This document shows positions 1 to 8,677 of a stretch of 64,000 nucleotides of DNA, piece by piece. The notes beneath the pieces were generated by a model. That model was given only the letters and a program-made list of their open reading frames with translations. It ran no database searches and had not been told where the DNA came from. The stretch lies in NCBI GenBank assembly GCA_040772505.1, contig JAXGYA010000002.1, positions 375,638 through 439,637 on the forward strand. Reading direction: 5' to 3'. Each line of letters starts with the position of its first letter. Positions within the stretch are counted from its first letter, which is position 1. A program made the position numbers and the translations under genes. The stretch comes from Mariniphaga sp. Its GTDB lineage: Bacteria > Bacteroidota > Bacteroidia > Bacteroidales > Prolixibacteraceae.

Positions 1-471
1 ATAGCCCTGATTGTATTTGCCATTTTCTGGCATCTGGTAACGGGTGAATGGAGACAATACATCCCCACAACAAAAAAATTGGCTGCACAAATCCGGTTTT
101 ACACTATCGGAATGTTCAAGGGAGAGAAGCATCCCACAAAAAAGAGTGAAGTGAAAAAGTTAAATCCTCTGCAGCGGCTGGTCTATCTCGGATTTAAACT
201 GGTGCTGATTCCCCTGACCATTACTTCGGGAATAATCTATATGTTTCAAAAGACCATTGACAGAAATAATATTGTTGTTGTCAGCGATTTTTCCATTGAA
301 AGTATCGCATTCTGGCATACGTTAGGCGCTTTTTTACTGATGCTTTTTTTGGTTGTACATGTCTATATGACAACCACCGGGCATACTCCCACCTCCAATA
401 TTCAGGCAATGATTACAGGCTATGAAGATTTGGAAGACGAGGAAGAAGAGGCAACTGCATCAGAGTTATAA
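1..471 (+). CDS. b-type cytochrome membrane subunit (PhsC / Ni-Fe hydrogenase cytochrome b / cytochrome b561-like), 5' end outside the window
   Basis: Frame 1 is open from nt 1 (IALIVFAIFWHLVTGEW... precedes the listed TTG at 79), with the stop at 469-471. Hydrophobic helices carry His residues (FWHLVTG, FWHTLGAFLLMLFLVVHVYM). The tail is acidic (EDLEDEEEE). The family call is from memory of such subunits. Confidence 0.5.
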   Translation: MALIVFAIFWHLVTGEWRQYIPTTKKLAAQIRFYTIGMFKGEKHPTKKSEVKKLNPLQRLVYLGFKLVLIPLTITSGIIYMFQKTIDRNNIVVVSDFSIESIAFWHTLGAFLLMLFLVVHVYMTTTGHTPTSNIQAMITGYEDLEDEEEEATASEL

Positions 472-515
472 GCATAATTCATTCAAATTCAGTGATTATC
501 TAAAAATTAATATAA

Positions 516-1052
516 ATGAACAATCGGGAAACAATAAAACCAAAAGCATACATGAACCCCTATTTAGCCGGCTTTCTGTTGGGGTGTGTTTTGCTTGCAA
601 CAATCTATATTACCGGGCGTGGATTGGGCGCCAGCGGTGCTTTTAAAAGTGTGGTGGTTGCTTCGGTGGAAAATGTTGCTCCAGCACATGCGGCTGAAAC
701 AGCTTTTTACACAGATTTTAAAGAAGAAAATCCTTCCGGCCCATGGAAGACCTTTCTGGTGTTTGAAGTTTTTGGCGTTTTGGTTGGTGCGTTTTTTTCC
801 GGCGTCATAGCCAACCGAACCGGGTTAAAGCTTGAAAAAGGTCCACGGGTAACCAACGGTTTGCGCATTGCAGGGGCAATATTGGGCGGAGCACTGTTTG
901 GGTATGGTTCACAACTGGGGCGCGGCTGCACCAGCGGCTCAGCACTGAGCGGAATGGCTGTTCTCTCTTTAGGAGGAATTCTTACGATGATGGCAATTTT
1001 TGGAGGCGCTTATGCGCTGGCTTATTTTTTCAGAAAACTTTGGTTAAAATAG
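516..1052 (+). CDS. YeeE/YedE family sulfur-compound (thiosulfate-type) transporter, first half-size gene
   Basis: 178-aa polytopic membrane protein with Gly-rich helices and a conserved Cys loop (GSQLGRGCTSGSALSG), typical of the Sulf_transp/YeeE family. It is followed 5 nt later by a second YeeE-like gene. Confidence 0.75.
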   Translation: MNNRETIKPKAYMNPYLAGFLLGCVLLATIYITGRGLGASGAFKSVVVASVENVAPAHAAETAFYTDFKEENPSGPWKTFLVFEVFGVLVGAFFSGVIANRTGLKLEKGPRVTNGLRIAGAILGGALFGYGSQLGRGCTSGSALSGMAVLSLGGILTMMAIFGGAYALAYFFRKLWLK

Positions 1053-1057
1053 AAGCT

Positions 1058-2254
1058 ATGGGACCACTACTGCCATATATCATCAGCGAGGAGTTTAGCC
1101 TGGTTATCGCTTTTTTTCTGGGTATCGGATTTGGCTTTATCCTTGAGCAAGCGGGTTTTTCTTCCACAAAAAAACTGGTCGGTCTGTTTTATGGATATGA
1201 TTTCACGGTTTTGCGCGTCTTTTTCACGGCAGGAATTACTGCCATGGCCGGTGTGCTTCTACTCGGGCATTACGGGTTGCTCGACATGGATGTCATTTAT
1301 GTGAATCCCACTTTCCTGAAATCGGCAATTTTGGGCGGGCTAATCATGGGCGCCGGTTTTATCATCGGCGGATTCTGTCCGGGAACCGGAGTTTGTGCGC
1401 TTGCCATCGGCAAGCTGGATGCCCTCGCTTTTGTGTTTGGAGCTATCCTCGGAGTGTGGGCTTTTATTGAAACATTTCCTTTAGTTGAGAAAATTTACTA
1501 TGCAGACAATTTGGGCAATATCCGAATTTCTGATTTTCTGGGGATGTCAAATGTTGCATTCGGGTTTTTACTTGCTTTTATTGCCGTAAGCGCTTTTGTT
1601 GCTACCTGGTTTATTGAAAATAAAGTAAATAACCGCAAATCGATCATTGAACCAAAACTGAGAAACCAATATGTACTTGCGGCAGCTTCTGTTTTTGTTG
1701 TACTTGCAATTGTAGCTTTCCTGCCCGGAAAAGAGGATATCATCAACCGGCAGATTGCAGAAGCAAAACGACAGCAAACCTGTGTGTTTAAGGAAATTCC
1801 GGCAGACAAACTTGCCGACGAGATTGTGAATAACTACTATTCGCTCAATATTATTGATGTTCGCTCACCCGAAGAATACAACGAATTTCACCTGCCGATG
1901 GCAATAAACATTCCGTTTGAAAATATAATGGAGAGGCAGTATGTACCGCTGTTCAGACAGCGGCTCAAGACCAATATTTTTTATGCAGACAGCGATACGC
2001 TGGTTCGGATGGCCTGTTTAAAAGCAAAACATATCGGAAAATCGGACAACCTGATTTTGCGAGAAAGCGCCCGGCAGTTCCATAATATGTTTTACGAAAC
2101 GGAAGAGCCGCCGGCAGGCACATCAAAAAAGGAGATGCAGATTTATCATTTCAGGTTGGAGGCAGCCCGGCAAATGGATAACCTTGCGGATGCCCTGAAA
2201 AATACGGAAGCCCCCGTGAAACGAGAAGTGGTGAGGGTGAGAGGCGGGTGCTGA
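1058..2254 (+). CDS. YeeE/YedE-family membrane domain fused to a C-terminal rhodanese-like domain
   Basis: I place the start at ATG 1058 (MGPLLPY); the listed TTG at 1040 overlaps the upstream stop. The N-terminal half has the YeeE-like Cys loop GGFCPGTGVCA. The C-terminal half has a rhodanese-like stretch (NIIDVRSPEEYNEFHLPMAINIPF). The protein ends in RGGC. Confidence 0.75.
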   Translation: MGPLLPYIISEEFSLVIAFFLGIGFGFILEQAGFSSTKKLVGLFYGYDFTVLRVFFTAGITAMAGVLLLGHYGLLDMDVIYVNPTFLKSAILGGLIMGAGFIIGGFCPGTGVCALAIGKLDALAFVFGAILGVWAFIETFPLVEKIYYADNLGNIRISDFLGMSNVAFGFLLAFIAVSAFVATWFIENKVNNRKSIIEPKLRNQYVLAAASVFVVLAIVAFLPGKEDIINRQIAEAKRQQTCVFKEIPADKLADEIVNNYYSLNIIDVRSPEEYNEFHLPMAINIPFENIMERQYVPLFRQRLKTNIFYADSDTLVRMACLKAKHIGKSDNLILRESARQFHNMFYETEEPPAGTSKKEMQIYHFRLEAARQMDNLADALKNTEAPVKREVVRVRGGC

Positions 2255-2275
2255 GATGCGCTGGATAATTCTATG

Positions 2276-5098
2276 CTACAGTCTCATTATTTTTTCATAG
2301 AGATTTTCGTCATGCTGCAGGTTCATTTTTTTTCTTAGACGATAGCGGTGATTCTCTACGCCACGCACTGAAATTCCAAGTAACGGTGCAATCTCTTTTG
2401 AAGAGAGGTTCATCCGCAGAAATGCGCACAAACGCAAATCTTTTTGGGTTAAATCGGGATACATCTCTTTCATTTTGTTCAAAAACTGTTCGTGTGCCCG
2501 TTCAAAATTGGTTTCAAACAAGTGCCAGTCATCCCGGTTAGAAATATTGTTGTCAATTTTTTTGATAAGGCTATAATAATATTTGTCGGGATATCGGGAA
2601 CCCAGTTGGTCTTTGTGCCTGGAAAGGGTCTGTTTCAGTTTCAGCAGGAATTCATTCTTTTTTATGATGCCCATAGTTGAGTTGGCCAGCTCCTTGCTTT
2701 TATGCTCAATTTCGTTTCTGAGCTTTTCGTTTCTGAGTTTAATCAGCTCTTGTTCCCTTTTTTCCAGCCGCAATCGTTCCTTTTTGCGGGTCCGCCTGAT
2801 TCCCCAAACCTGCAACCCAAACACCAGGAATAAGAATGTAGCGATGTAACCTGCCCTTGCATAGTTGCTTAAATACCAGGGGGAAAGAACATTTATAATC
2901 ATGCTGTGCTGCATGCTTTCATTTCCCCATGAATCAACAGCTTTAACCAGTAGCTCGTATTCGCCGGTGGGCAGCCTGTCGAAACTGAAAACCGGAATTT
3001 CTTTTTTCCCCGACCAGCTTTGGTCAATTCCTTTTAAAAATGCCTGAAACCGAATTGGGCGGTGCGTGAAATGTGGAAAAGCATATTTAACCTGTATGTT
3101 GTTAAATCTGAATTTAACCTCCAGGTTGGTGCTGATGTTTTCTGTATGTTGTTTTCCCTGATTATCAGTAAGCGTAATTTCCCGTAATTTTGGAGCATAA
3201 TTTTTTATTTCAGTCAGCGTGCCGGTTTGAGAGGAGTCGAACCAGGCAATTCCGTTTTCAAGACAAATAATTGCTTTTGCAGAGGTTAGTGGTAAAATAT
3301 TTTCAAAACCATCAATCATCTCGTGCGGGGCAAATACTTGTTTAGGGATAGATTTTATCAGCTCTGCTTCATTTTCGCGGATTAGAAACAATCCGATTTT
3401 TTCTTTGGTAATAAACCAGTAATGATCATTGGGAGCCGGAACAATGCGGTGTGCAGCTGTATATTCTCCGAGTCTTTCATTCAATAAGTGATACGGAACT
3501 ATGGAATCATTTAAATCATTGTATGTGAAAAGCTCTTCTTCGGTAGTGAACACAATCCGGTTTTCCACTTTAAATACATGGATGGAATGATCTTTTTTAA
3601 AAGCTGAATTTTCGCCGTAATATTGAATATTTACAGCACTGTCGCGCAATGAGTTAAGCTGAAGTTTATAAATTCCGCGGTGCATGTGGCTCGCCCACAG
3701 GTTTCCGCGATGATCGAACTCAATATACCGGATAAGGTCGGAAAAACCTTTTATGATGCCGGTTTGGCGGTAAGCAGAATTAACTTTTTCAAAAATTACC
3801 AGGTTTGAATAGGTCGATTGAATTAACCTGCCGGGTTTTAATGGATCTTCAGTTATTGAAAACCCGCCTGCCTGGCTGGAAATCAGGTCGATTTTGTTGT
3901 TTTTAATGCCCAGCACCCCCTGGTTATAACCAACAAATAACTGGTTGTCAATTTCGCTGATATCCCAAACCTGTCCGCTCGTTTCAGGGGTAAGAGTATA
4001 ACCGGCGTTGTCGTTCTGTAATCTTTTGTGGAATAATCCCCGGTTGGTTCCAAGGTAAATCTTGTCTTCAAAAATGGCTACGTCATAAATACTGCCAATC
4101 CCCGGAATGGTTTCATATTCAATTCCACTGCCCGTTTTGTAAGAAATAAAATCAATTCCACTGTCAAGGGCAAGCCAGTCATTTCCATATATGTCGGTCG
4201 CAATATTCAGAATGGTATTGTTTTGCAATCCGTTGGAGGTGTTATAACTTGAAACTCGCTCCCCGTTTTCATCAAAAATAACCACTCCGTCAATAATGGT
4301 CCCGATAATCAGATGCCCGTTTTGATTCACATGTGCCCGGTTCACTTCATTCCTTTTGAAATAATCACTCCACTGCTCATTCCATACTTTCAGCTGTTCC
4401 CCATTCCACAGGAAAATTCCATCTGATGAAGTGCCGATAAGAATTTGCCCTTTTGGGTAGGGCTCGATAAAACGGATAATTGCATCTTCAAGTTGAGGGT
4501 CGGCAATAAACGGTTCCGTTTTTTCGTCCGAAATGGTGTAAACTCCCTTATCTCTCACCCCGATTAAAATTTTTTTATCCACGCAGTTCATTGATGTCAC
4601 AAAGCCGGGAAGTTCCACTGTAGTGATTTTATTGTCTTTATACTTTAAAATTTTGGTGAATGAATGAAAATAAACTGCATCATTCAAAAAGCAGATATTC
4701 CAGAATTCGTCGTTGTTCCCGAGCTGTTCACCGGCCAGGCGGTTCAGTGAGTTGTAATCCAATTTTCCATTGCGGTCTGCCTGCCAGTAGCCAATTTCGC
4801 GATAACCGCCGGTGTAGATTGTGCTGTCGGTGAAAACACGTACCGAGCGAAGAATGGTTTGATTTGGTAAACGGTATAGTGCCCAGCTTGTACCGTCAAA
4901 TTCAAGCAGGCCGGCATGGTTGGCAAAATAGATAAAACCATTGGGGCTGGCATCAACCGACCAGTTTTGGTTCGCCGCATTGTACTCTTTTTTGGTAAAG
5001 TTTTTTAACCGCAGTTCAGTTGTTTGTGCCCATAAAAAGGAGCTTTGACAAATGCCAAAGAGGATAAAAGCAGACCATATGAAAGGATGTTTTTTCAT
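2276..5098 (-). CDS. Transmembrane one-component regulator: periplasmic beta-propeller/Y_Y_Y sensor, TM helix, coiled coil and LuxR-type HTH
   Basis: I place the start at ATG 5098 (MKKHPFIWSAFILFGICQSSFLWAQ signal). A long propeller-repeat region is followed by a Y_Y_Y-like segment (LPTGEYELLVKAVDSWGNES), a TM helix (GYIATFLFLVFGLQVWGI), a K/E/R coiled coil and a C-terminal LuxR HTH (LSSKEIAPLLGISVRGVENHRYRLRKKM). It is divergent from susC. Confidence 0.8.
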   Translation of the reverse strand: MKKHPFIWSAFILFGICQSSFLWAQTTELRLKNFTKKEYNAANQNWSVDASPNGFIYFANHAGLLEFDGTSWALYRLPNQTILRSVRVFTDSTIYTGGYREIGYWQADRNGKLDYNSLNRLAGEQLGNNDEFWNICFLNDAVYFHSFTKILKYKDNKITTVELPGFVTSMNCVDKKILIGVRDKGVYTISDEKTEPFIADPQLEDAIIRFIEPYPKGQILIGTSSDGIFLWNGEQLKVWNEQWSDYFKRNEVNRAHVNQNGHLIIGTIIDGVVIFDENGERVSSYNTSNGLQNNTILNIATDIYGNDWLALDSGIDFISYKTGSGIEYETIPGIGSIYDVAIFEDKIYLGTNRGLFHKRLQNDNAGYTLTPETSGQVWDISEIDNQLFVGYNQGVLGIKNNKIDLISSQAGGFSITEDPLKPGRLIQSTYSNLVIFEKVNSAYRQTGIIKGFSDLIRYIEFDHRGNLWASHMHRGIYKLQLNSLRDSAVNIQYYGENSAFKKDHSIHVFKVENRIVFTTEEELFTYNDLNDSIVPYHLLNERLGEYTAAHRIVPAPNDHYWFITKEKIGLFLIRENEAELIKSIPKQVFAPHEMIDGFENILPLTSAKAIICLENGIAWFDSSQTGTLTEIKNYAPKLREITLTDNQGKQHTENISTNLEVKFRFNNIQVKYAFPHFTHRPIRFQAFLKGIDQSWSGKKEIPVFSFDRLPTGEYELLVKAVDSWGNESMQHSMIINVLSPWYLSNYARAGYIATFLFLVFGLQVWGIRRTRKKERLRLEKREQELIKLRNEKLRNEIEHKSKELANSTMGIIKKNEFLLKLKQTLSRHKDQLGSRYPDKYYYSLIKKIDNNISNRDDWHLFETNFERAHEQFLNKMKEMYPDLTQKDLRLCAFLRMNLSSKEIAPLLGISVRGVENHRYRLRKKMNLQHDENLYEKIMRL

Positions 5099-5192
5099 CC
5101 AATTAAAATTAAAAGTTTTCAAAGGTATTGGATGTAACTCCCTCATTTTAATTAAGTTTGTTTGTGAAGCATTTCTACATGGTCGTTTCATA
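5091..5192 (-). repeat. Copy A of a 102-nt near-identical promoter/leader cassette (partner at 27391-27492)
   Basis: Ungapped alignment to 27391-27492 shows 2 mismatches (5155, 5157). The flanks are unrelated. The cassette includes ATGAAAAA of the downstream gene. On the minus strand, TACCTTTG (5127-5120) is bracketed by the inverted repeat CATCCAAT (5096-5103) / ATTGGATG (5127-5134). Confidence 0.9.
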
Positions 5193-5624
5193 TAAATAAA
5201 GACAGGCAAAAGATAGTAAAATTACGTTTGACCTGAAAATGTGTGAATGATGTAAAATTTTTCAAAAGTTATGTAAGATTATAAAAGTCACGCTAAAGTA
5301 TCTTTAACCATTAAAAAGGTGAATTACAATAATAACATTGAGTCAAACAATTTAATGTCATTTTAAATCATCCGCCTTTTAGATGTGGCTTACATTATCC
5401 GGCAAAAAATAAGGATTGATTTTATTTCTTTTTTTAATAATGACAATTTTTAAATAATTGAACCATAACAATATAATTAATGTTAATTGAATGTGTTGAG
5501 GAGATGATGAGGTCAGCATATCACTTCATTTTCAGTTGAGAAGCATTAGTGAGTTAAGAAATTTCTTTTTGATAAAAAAATAACATAAATTGTAGGAAAC
5601 AACTGAAATAAAATATAGTAAACT

Positions 5625-8600
5625 ATGAAACGATTATCAATTTTCTTCCTTCTTTTCTTATCGGTTACCATGTTATTTGTTACTTCCGGTACTGCACAGG
5701 AAAAAGTAAGCCTGACAGGTAAGGTTACCGATAACACAGGATTTGGATTACCTGGTGTTTCTATACTCGAAAAGGGAACAACAAACGGAACGGTAACAGA
5801 TGTTAACGGGAATTTTACGCTTCAGGCAGCGCCGAATTCAATTTTGTTGTTTAGTTTTATGGGGTTTGTTTCTCAGGAGATACTTGTTGACGGGCAGACC
5901 AACATCAATATTGAAATGGCAGAAGCCACCTTCGACTTAGATGAAGTTGTTGCAATTGGCTATGGTGTTGCCCGAAAACGCGACCTGACAGGTTCTATTG
6001 TATCAGTGAGCGGCGAGAGTCTCAAAACCTCGCCAGATTACAACCCTGTGAAAGCACTTCAGGGGAAAGTGCCCGGTTTGACAATGATTAACAGCGGAGT
6101 AGCAGGAGGCAGCCCAACCGTGCGGATTCGTGGTATTGCCACTGTAAATGCAAGCACAAATCCGTTGTATGTTGTTGACGGAATGTTTGTTGATAATATC
6201 GACTTTGTAAATCCAAATGATATTTCATCGGTTGAGGTGCTGAAAGACGCTTCGTCGCTGGCAATTTTTGGGGTTCAGGGTGCAAACGGTGTTATAATTA
6301 TTACAACAAAACGCGCCGACAAAGGAAAACTTGCTGTAAGTTATGATGGTTACGCGGGTGTGCAGGTTTTGCATGACCGTGACAGGTTGGATTTAACCAA
6401 TGCCTCAGAATTTACAATGCTCTACAATGAGCAAATCAAAAACATGAATCCAACTGCTGATGAATGGGTTCCGGATTTATTGGGTGGCGGCACCGACTGG
6501 CAATCAGAAATATTCAGGCCCGCGGCAATTACCAATCACGGAATAACTGTTTCTCAAGCCGGAGAAAAAGCAAGTAGCGTGCTTTCGTTGGGGTATTTTT
6601 TACAGGATGGTATTGTGAAATACAATTCATACCAGCGTTTAAATGCGCGCTGGTCAGGAGATTATAATATAAGCAAAGCTTTTAAGGCAGGAGGAAATAT
6701 TGCATTAACACGTTGGGATACTGAACCTGCAACTGCAAGCGTTTCGAATGCAGCCCGGGCTTTGCCTACCTATCCTCCATATTCGCCCGTAGCTGACCAT
6801 AATCCCGAAAACATCGGTTCATACTATACTCCGGCGCCCGGAATTCAAAAAGATGTTCCCAACCCGGTTGCGTTAATGGAAATTAACAAGGGCACTGCCG
6901 AAAGTTATGGTTACCGAACCGTAGGGAATATTTATGGAGAAGTAGCTTTCCTGAAAGATTTTACCTTTCGTGTTACAGGTTATGCTGACGTTGGAATAAA
7001 CATGGGGAGCAATTACAACCCGCGTTTCGATGTAAACAACGAGCATTCAAATTCTTCGCACAAAAGCGAGAAAACTTCATTCAGAAGAAATACAGGAGAA
7101 TACACAAAATACCAGACCGATGTAATCCTTAATTATAACAAAACAGATGATTTGCACCGGATTGGAGCAATGGCGGGTTACACTGCACGTGTTCAGGAAA
7201 CCCAGGGTTTCAGCGCCGGTGTAGATACACTGGTAAGCGCCGACATGTGGAATGTCCCTAAAGATTTCTGGATGTTGAATATGGGTTCTACCCAAAATAA
7301 AACAAACAGCGATTTTTACGAAGCTGAATCATTCATTTCGTATCTGGCAAGGCTAAATTATTCATACGCTGATAAGTATCTGATAACTGCCACATTCCGT
7401 GCCGACGGTTCATCGAAATTTTCACCTAACAACCGTTGGGGGTTTTTTCCCTCTGTTGGCTTAGGCTGGGTTGCAACCGAAGAGGAGTTCCTGAATAATA
7501 AAATCGACAAACTCGATTATTTAAAAATAAAAGTATCGTGGGGCCAATTGGGTAACGACAAAATAGGGAATTACCTGTGGTTTCCAACCATTAACCCCAA
7601 GGGGCAACAGGTTGTTGTAGATGGGAAAACATATTACATTCCCACAGTGAGCAACCTGGTTGATGAGAACATTCACTGGGAAGTGGTATCTGGTTTCGAT
7701 GCCGGCTTTGAAAGTCAGTGGTTCAACCGGCGCCTGGTAGCAGAAATTGGGTATTACACCAAAACAACCAGCGATTTGCTTGCTTTTGTGGCGCCGCCGG
7801 TTTCGGTTGGTGCAGGTTATGCAATTACCAACGCAGGGTCGATCCGCAACCATGGGTTCGAGTACATTCTGACCTGGCGTGGAGAACGGGGCGATTTCTC
7901 ATACAGAATCAGCACCAATGGTGCAACGGTTAACAATAAAGTGCTCTCACTTGGAAACGATGATTCGGATATTATTACCGGAAAGTATCACCGCACTTCG
8001 GTGGGGCATCCGGTGGGTGCAATTTACGGATATGTTCAGGATGGAATTTTTCAGAATCAGACCGAAATTGACAATTATTACCCCGCTTCGTGGACTTCAA
8101 AACCTGGTGATATCAGGTATAAAGATTTGAATGGCGACCAGAAAATTACCGATAAAGACCGCGATTTTATTGGAAGCAGCATTCCAACATTTACCTACGG
8201 TATAAACTTAAATGCAGCTTACAGAAATTTCGATTTAAACATCGATTTTAACGGGCAGTATGGAAATGACATTGTAAATACCAAAAAGCTGCCAACTTTC
8301 GCGCAGTTCAATTATTACAAAACCTCGCTGAATCGTTGGACCGGGGAAGGTTCTTCAAATTTCGAACCTATTCTGAACACTACCCGCGGAAACAACTTTG
8401 AACCATCCACCAACTTGCTCGAAAGCGGGGCATACTTCAGAATTCGCGGCATTCAATTGGGTTACAGGCTCCCTGAAAAAATTATAAAATCAATTAAAAG
8501 CAACAATTTCAGGCTGTTTGTAAATATGCAGAATCCTGTCACCTTTAAAAAGAACAGTGGATATACTCCGGAAATTGGAGGTGGAATTCTTAATGGCGGG

Positions 8601-8666
8601 ATTGATGATGGCGGCACTTACCCGCTACCGGCAGTTTATACAGGAGGTTTAACCGTTAATTTTTAA
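5625..8666 (+). CDS. susC: SusC/RagA family TonB-dependent outer-membrane transporter
   Basis: Signal peptide, then a carboxypeptidase-regulatory-like N-domain (LTGKVTDNTGFGLPGVSILEKGTTNGTVTDVNGNFTL). There is a TonB-box/plug region (LDEVVAIGYGV) and the length is 1013 aa. The C-terminus (GGLTVNF) is aromatic. susD follows immediately. Confidence 0.95.
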   Translation: MKRLSIFFLLFLSVTMLFVTSGTAQEKVSLTGKVTDNTGFGLPGVSILEKGTTNGTVTDVNGNFTLQAAPNSILLFSFMGFVSQEILVDGQTNINIEMAEATFDLDEVVAIGYGVARKRDLTGSIVSVSGESLKTSPDYNPVKALQGKVPGLTMINSGVAGGSPTVRIRGIATVNASTNPLYVVDGMFVDNIDFVNPNDISSVEVLKDASSLAIFGVQGANGVIIITTKRADKGKLAVSYDGYAGVQVLHDRDRLDLTNASEFTMLYNEQIKNMNPTADEWVPDLLGGGTDWQSEIFRPAAITNHGITVSQAGEKASSVLSLGYFLQDGIVKYNSYQRLNARWSGDYNISKAFKAGGNIALTRWDTEPATASVSNAARALPTYPPYSPVADHNPENIGSYYTPAPGIQKDVPNPVALMEINKGTAESYGYRTVGNIYGEVAFLKDFTFRVTGYADVGINMGSNYNPRFDVNNEHSNSSHKSEKTSFRRNTGEYTKYQTDVILNYNKTDDLHRIGAMAGYTARVQETQGFSAGVDTLVSADMWNVPKDFWMLNMGSTQNKTNSDFYEAESFISYLARLNYSYADKYLITATFRADGSSKFSPNNRWGFFPSVGLGWVATEEEFLNNKIDKLDYLKIKVSWGQLGNDKIGNYLWFPTINPKGQQVVVDGKTYYIPTVSNLVDENIHWEVVSGFDAGFESQWFNRRLVAEIGYYTKTTSDLLAFVAPPVSVGAGYAITNAGSIRNHGFEYILTWRGERGDFSYRISTNGATVNNKVLSLGNDDSDIITGKYHRTSVGHPVGAIYGYVQDGIFQNQTEIDNYYPASWTSKPGDIRYKDLNGDQKITDKDRDFIGSSIPTFTYGINLNAAYRNFDLNIDFNGQYGNDIVNTKKLPTFAQFNYYKTSLNRWTGEGSSNFEPILNTTRGNNFEPSTNLLESGAYFRIRGIQLGYRLPEKIIKSIKSNNFRLFVNMQNPVTFKKNSGYTPEIGGGILNGGIDDGGTYPLPAVYTGGLTVNF

Positions 8667-8677
8667 ATTCAGCAACA

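Noticed and set aside
2249-2275. A TGA stop directly after the terminal Cys (GGC-TGA) of the YeeE-rhodanese fusion, considered as a possible selenocysteine read-through.
   Set aside because: Read-through would run antisense into the convergent regulator gene and give a nonsense hydrophobic peptide. I see no SECIS-like hairpin in the 21-nt spacer.
5099-5209. N-terminal extensions of the ORF-track calls 2276-5209 and 26703-27533 (MPVFIYMKRPCRN... / MNQAKTTILKILITMKRPCRN...).
   Set aside because: In both cases a canonical signal peptide starts at the internal MKK, and the extension coincides with the shared 102-nt cassette that contains a -7 promoter box. I moved the starts to 5098 and 27398. 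The possibility of translation is kept as a low-priority finding.
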